A stretch of 64,000 nt of DNA from positions 79,943,131 through 80,007,130 of the forward strand of contig NC_083416.1 in assembly GCF_020745735.1 (NCBI RefSeq). The letters are read 5' to 3'. This DNA is from Hemiscyllium ocellatum. Lineage: Eukaryota. The position numbers and the translations under genes are program-made. This document shows, piece after piece, positions 59,929 through 64,000 of the stretch. Position 1 is the first letter of the stretch, and each line of letters opens with the position of its first letter. The notes beneath the pieces were generated by a model that did not search any database, was not told where the DNA came from, and was given only the letters and a program-made list of their open reading frames with translations.

Positions 59929-62331
59929 ATGACAATGGGGACTGTTCTGATGAGCCGAGTGTCCATCATTTTTTTGCTCTGCATTTCTGCCCTTGTTTCC
60001 GAACAACTTCGCTACTCGATTCCCGAGGAAATGGAACGTGGAACATATGTTGGCAACGTAGCTGATGATCTAGGATTAAAGGTTTGGGAATTATCGAGTC
60101 GCAAATTTCTTCTGATTTCTGATTACTCGAAGAAGTACATGGAGGTAAACGTAGAAAATGGTTTCCTCTTTGTTAATGAAGGAATCGACAGAGAACAGCT
60201 TTGCAGCAAAACCGCGGCCTGTTCTCTCTCTTTCCAAATCACGCTCGATAATCCTTTGGAAATGTATCCCGTTAAAGTGGAGATACTAGACGTAAATGAT
60301 AATTCACCCGTCTTTTCGAGGAAGGAATTCTATTTGCAAATCAATGAGTTAATTGCGCCGGGCGCTCGCTTCCCTCTCGAGAGCGCGCGTGATCTGGACG
60401 TGGGTACAAACACAATCCACACATACCAGATCAATCCGAACGAGCACTTTGATATTAAAGTGCAGACAAGAAGAGGAGGCAGTAAACGGGCCGAACTGGT
60501 ATTAAAGAGATCTTTGGACCGTGAACAACAGTCAATGTTTACTCTGGTATTGACAGCCATCGATGGTGGGATTCCGCAGAGATCTGGCACAGCGCGGATC
60601 ATCATTAAGGTCATGGACGCAAATGATAACGCCCCCGTATTCGATCATGAAACTTACAGGACGTCAACGGTAGAAAACACCGTGAATGGCTCTTTGGTGC
60701 TAAGAGTTCATGCTACTGATATTGATGAAGGGACAAACGCGGAGGTAACATATTCTTTCACCCACGACGTTTCCCAGAATATTCGTGATTTGTTCAAATT
60801 GGATCCTGTGTCTGGAGAAATCAGAGTTCGAGGTGTACTAGATTTTGAAGAAACAAATGTTTATGAGTTTGAAGTCCAAGCAATGAACTCCGCTCCACCT
60901 GAATTGTCAAATCTTGCAAATGTTGTCATCGATGTTGTTGACACTAACGATAATCGTCCTGTTTTGCAAGTTACGATGGTGTCCGGTGCTGTGCGGGAAG
61001 ATGCTTCTTCGGGAATTTGTATAGCACTGATCAGCATCACGGATCGTGATTCTGGCGAATATGGGGAAGTTTATTGTGAGATCCCAGAGAATATTCCCTT
61101 CAAGATTGAAAAATCTTTGAAGGGCAACTATAAGTTGATTACCAATGGCTTTCTGGATCATGAGATTACCCCACTGTACAACATCTCCATTTCAGCCTGG
61201 GACGGTGGATTTCCTCCTCTTTCAGCAAGTAAATTCATTGTGGTTTCAGTAATTGATGTCAATGATAATTCACCAAGTTTTACGCAGTCGTCATATAACG
61301 TGTATCTGATGGAGAATAACGCTCCCGGTGCTTCTATATTTGCAGTTAGTGCAAATGATGCTGATTTGAATCAGAATGCGGAAATTTCTTATTCCATTGT
61401 CGATAATCGACAGAAAGAAGAAATACCCTCCTCTGCGTACTTTGCGATGAACTCCAAAAATGGGAACATTTATGCGTTGCGCTCCTTCGACTACGAGCAA
61501 CAGAAACATTTCCAGGTGAAAGTTCAAGCTCAGGATGCTGGGTCGCCTCCATTGACCAGCACTACCTTCATGAACGTTATTATTTTGGATCAAAATGACA
61601 ATGCACCCATTATTCTTTCACCTTTAACATGGAACAGCTCAGCAACAGTGGAGGTAATGCCCCATTCAACATATCCAGGATATCTGGTCACCAAGGTAAT
61701 TGCCACGGATGAAGACTCTGGTCAGAACGCAAGGCTTACCTACGAGTTATTGGAAACCACTGATACTAGTCTTTTTACTGTTGGACATCTCTCCGGAGAA
61801 ATTAGAGCAACGCGAGCATTTAGTGATCAAGATATCATTGACGTGCGCGTGGTCCTCTGCGTGAAGGACAATGGACAGCCGAGCCTTTCCAGCAGCGCCA
61901 CAATATCCTTTATCGTAATGTCCAATGTTACTGAGAAATCATTTGAACAACGTGATGAACCCAGACACTCGGAATATTTTTCAGGTATAAATAGTTATCT
62001 AATCATAATTTTCGGATCCACTTCCTTTTTGTTTCTCATAATAATATTATTTTTGCTCACCCTGAAGTGCAGACAAGATAGAGATACTGCTGAAATTTAT
62101 AACTCTGCAGTCTGTTGTTGTAATGGGAGAAATTCGACTGATGGCTTTAATCGGACACCAACAGGAAGGGATCCTTTGAATTATAGCGGGGCAGTTCAGG
62201 CCGGAAGTTATCATTACAGTGTGTGCTTGTCACCGGAATCATCGAAGAGTGACTTTCTGTTTTTAAAACCTTGTCATTCTACGTTGCCTTTCAACGATCG
62301 GAGTATTCATGATAGCAACGCAAGAAACTAA
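59929..62331 (+). CDS. Clustered protocadherin variable exon (gene 5)
   Basis: 800-aa ORF, 6 EC + TM + tail; tandem duplicate of genes 3/4. Confidence 0.97.
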   Translation: MTMGTVLMSRVSIIFLLCISALVSEQLRYSIPEEMERGTYVGNVADDLGLKVWELSSRKFLLISDYSKKYMEVNVENGFLFVNEGIDREQLCSKTAACSLSFQITLDNPLEMYPVKVEILDVNDNSPVFSRKEFYLQINELIAPGARFPLESARDLDVGTNTIHTYQINPNEHFDIKVQTRRGGSKRAELVLKRSLDREQQSMFTLVLTAIDGGIPQRSGTARIIIKVMDANDNAPVFDHETYRTSTVENTVNGSLVLRVHATDIDEGTNAEVTYSFTHDVSQNIRDLFKLDPVSGEIRVRGVLDFEETNVYEFEVQAMNSAPPELSNLANVVIDVVDTNDNRPVLQVTMVSGAVREDASSGICIALISITDRDSGEYGEVYCEIPENIPFKIEKSLKGNYKLITNGFLDHEITPLYNISISAWDGGFPPLSASKFIVVSVIDVNDNSPSFTQSSYNVYLMENNAPGASIFAVSANDADLNQNAEISYSIVDNRQKEEIPSSAYFAMNSKNGNIYALRSFDYEQQKHFQVKVQAQDAGSPPLTSTTFMNVIILDQNDNAPIILSPLTWNSSATVEVMPHSTYPGYLVTKVIATDEDSGQNARLTYELLETTDTSLFTVGHLSGEIRATRAFSDQDIIDVRVVLCVKDNGQPSLSSSATISFIVMSNVTEKSFEQRDEPRHSEYFSGINSYLIIIFGSTSFLFLIIILFLLTLKCRQDRDTAEIYNSAVCCCNGRNSTDGFNRTPTGRDPLNYSGAVQAGSYHYSVCLSPESSKSDFLFLKPCHSTLPFNDRSIHDSNARN

Positions 62332-62359
62332 CTTCGACAACAAACTATTCTGTCGGTGG

Positions 62360-62368
62360 CAGGTAATT
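62360..62368 (+). other. Putative 5' splice donor downstream of gene 5 stop
   Basis: CAG|GTAATT, GT at 62363, 31 nt after TAA. Confidence 0.6.
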
Positions 62369-64000
62369 CTTGATGAATAATTACGTATTATGTTTTCAAG
62401 TATAGAGTCAGAGTCACTTGTATACAGACAGGACTTTCATATTTATACTGGATAGATTATTGCACAATTTCTCATTCCTGTTGCCATCCTGCCAGGTGTT
62501 GTATAATAGCTATCCTTGTTTCATAATCTAATTTTTTTCTGCTTTGAAAGCATTTCTTCACCTGGAAGTTATTACAATTGTTGTTTCTCATCATCCCCCA
62601 CCCCCACCACAACCACCAATCTTTTTAATGTTCCTGATTTTGATAACTGCTGTTCAAAAGTTTCAGAAGGCCAATATTCTAACGGTATCGAAAACCGTTT
62701 ACTTTGAACAGCTTGTATTTCTCTTCTCTTTGAAGACCGGTGGACACCTTCATACCAACGCATTGCAGGAAAGAAGACATTAATTTTGGATTTGAGAGTG
62801 CTTTGTGAAACAGTGATCAGAGAACAAGATGTTATTCTTTTGCAATCATACGCGTTAAGGTGTCAACTGTGGTTAATTTCACAGAATTCTTGCCAGATTA
62901 TTCATCCAACGTCTGTCCGTTGTGCGCAATACGCTCGATGCACTACATGGCTTGTTTATCTTTTGATGTGGGCTCCCCCACACAGCATATCTGGCGATAG
63001 TTCACAATTAATCACTTTCGAATCTCGGAGGAATATTTGCGCTAGCCTCGAATTTAGAAAATTTAAATCATAATCCAAAGCTTTTAAACATAAAATGCAA
63101 GCTGCATGTCGCGGTCTTTCAAATGGCGAGATATACTGTTCGTGATGCCCAGCTCTGGATAACAAAGATACTTAGCATGCGTTAAAAAGGAAATCCTATT
63201 TTTGATCTCATGTATATCAAACCGTTATATGACACTATTTCAAAGAATGCTACAGTGTCCTTGTCACTATTCATCCCGAAATCAGTAAAACACTGATGTG
63301 TTTTACTGATTAACTTTCTCTTGCCTCGTAGCTGTTTGTGGCATGGTAGAATCATAGAAACGTGTATTACCGAAGAGGCCATTCAGCCATCGAGTCTATC
63401 CCGCCAAAAAAAATACTCGCTCAACTTTCGAGCAATTGGCCCTGAACTTTGAATGTTTCGATACTTCAAGTGTTCATCGAAGTAGTTTTCAATGTTGTGA
63501 GATTACCGTCGAAAGTTAACCTCGCAAGCAATTGATATCAAAATTCGTCACACCACCATGTTATTTTCATTTGAATGTTTCGGCCTGAGTCGAAAAGCTC
63601 TTTTGCGGCCTCTTAATCAGAGAAATGTATTATGAAATCACAATTTCTTCTCTGCTTTAACTATTGTTTTATGTTATCAGTTGGTTAATGCTTTGGACAT
63701 TATTAGTATTTTCCGGCTAACGTTCACGTGTTAATAAAATAGTTTGGAAATTGATATTGAGAAGGTGAATGTTTCATGTCCGCACCACAAGAAGCAGTAT
63801 TTCAGAGTTTACAACCACAGTGTCCCTTATCTGTAAAGCAGACCGACCACCGATTTAGAGTCATGTTTATTGTATCTATCAATGTCTTCCTGTCGGCTTA
63901 CTGATTCTTTTAGCAGGCTGCTCTTCTGTTAAGCGAACTGAAAATGGAAGAACTGTTACATTGCTCAGCGAGTGTCTGGGCAAACGTAGCGACACTGTAT

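Larger units (their letters stand above)
55187..64000 (+). repeat. Tandem segmental duplication unit C (runs off the window)
   Basis: Colinear with units A/B; shares several indel states with B. Confidence 0.95.

Noticed and set aside
1970-62331. Assigning gene symbols (PCDH10, PCDHG, or a named chondrichthyan subcluster)
   Set aside because: Orthology cannot be set without a phylogeny and the constant exons, which are not identifiable in this window.
39822-64000. Units B and C as a haplotype mis-assembly
   Set aside because: Frequent substitutions and many indels throughout, plus a third copy, fit real paralogs better; read depth would confirm.

Overview
This window is vertebrate genomic DNA from the variable region of a clustered protocadherin locus. 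The repeat content (CR1 LINEs, Penelope-like elements, tRNA-derived SINEs) suggests a cartilaginous fish, though that is an inference. Five intact + strand ORFs of about 800 aa (1970, 13670, 29077, 44551, 59929) each encode a signal peptide, 6 cadherin repeats, a TM segment and a short Cys-rich tail. Each is preceded by a CSE/CTCF-type promoter motif. Genes 3-5 lie in a ~15 kb tandem triplication starting at 24815, with a dead full-length CR1 at each junction. Gene 1 is an older paralog of the same unit, and gene 2 is a divergent class. Most notable: (i) four ORFs stop 31-33 nt before a conserved CAG|GTAAT splice donor, suggesting complete proteins spliced to a non-coding constant region; (ii) each repeat unit carries an intact orphan CSE promoter in front of a ~210-nt decayed EC1 relic, followed by a SINE with a consensus splice donor, a candidate 'null' variable exon; (iii) the paralogs are mosaic, suggesting gene conversion, and share an Asp->Asn change in an EC3 calcium motif. 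Repeat boundaries and similarities were judged by eye.
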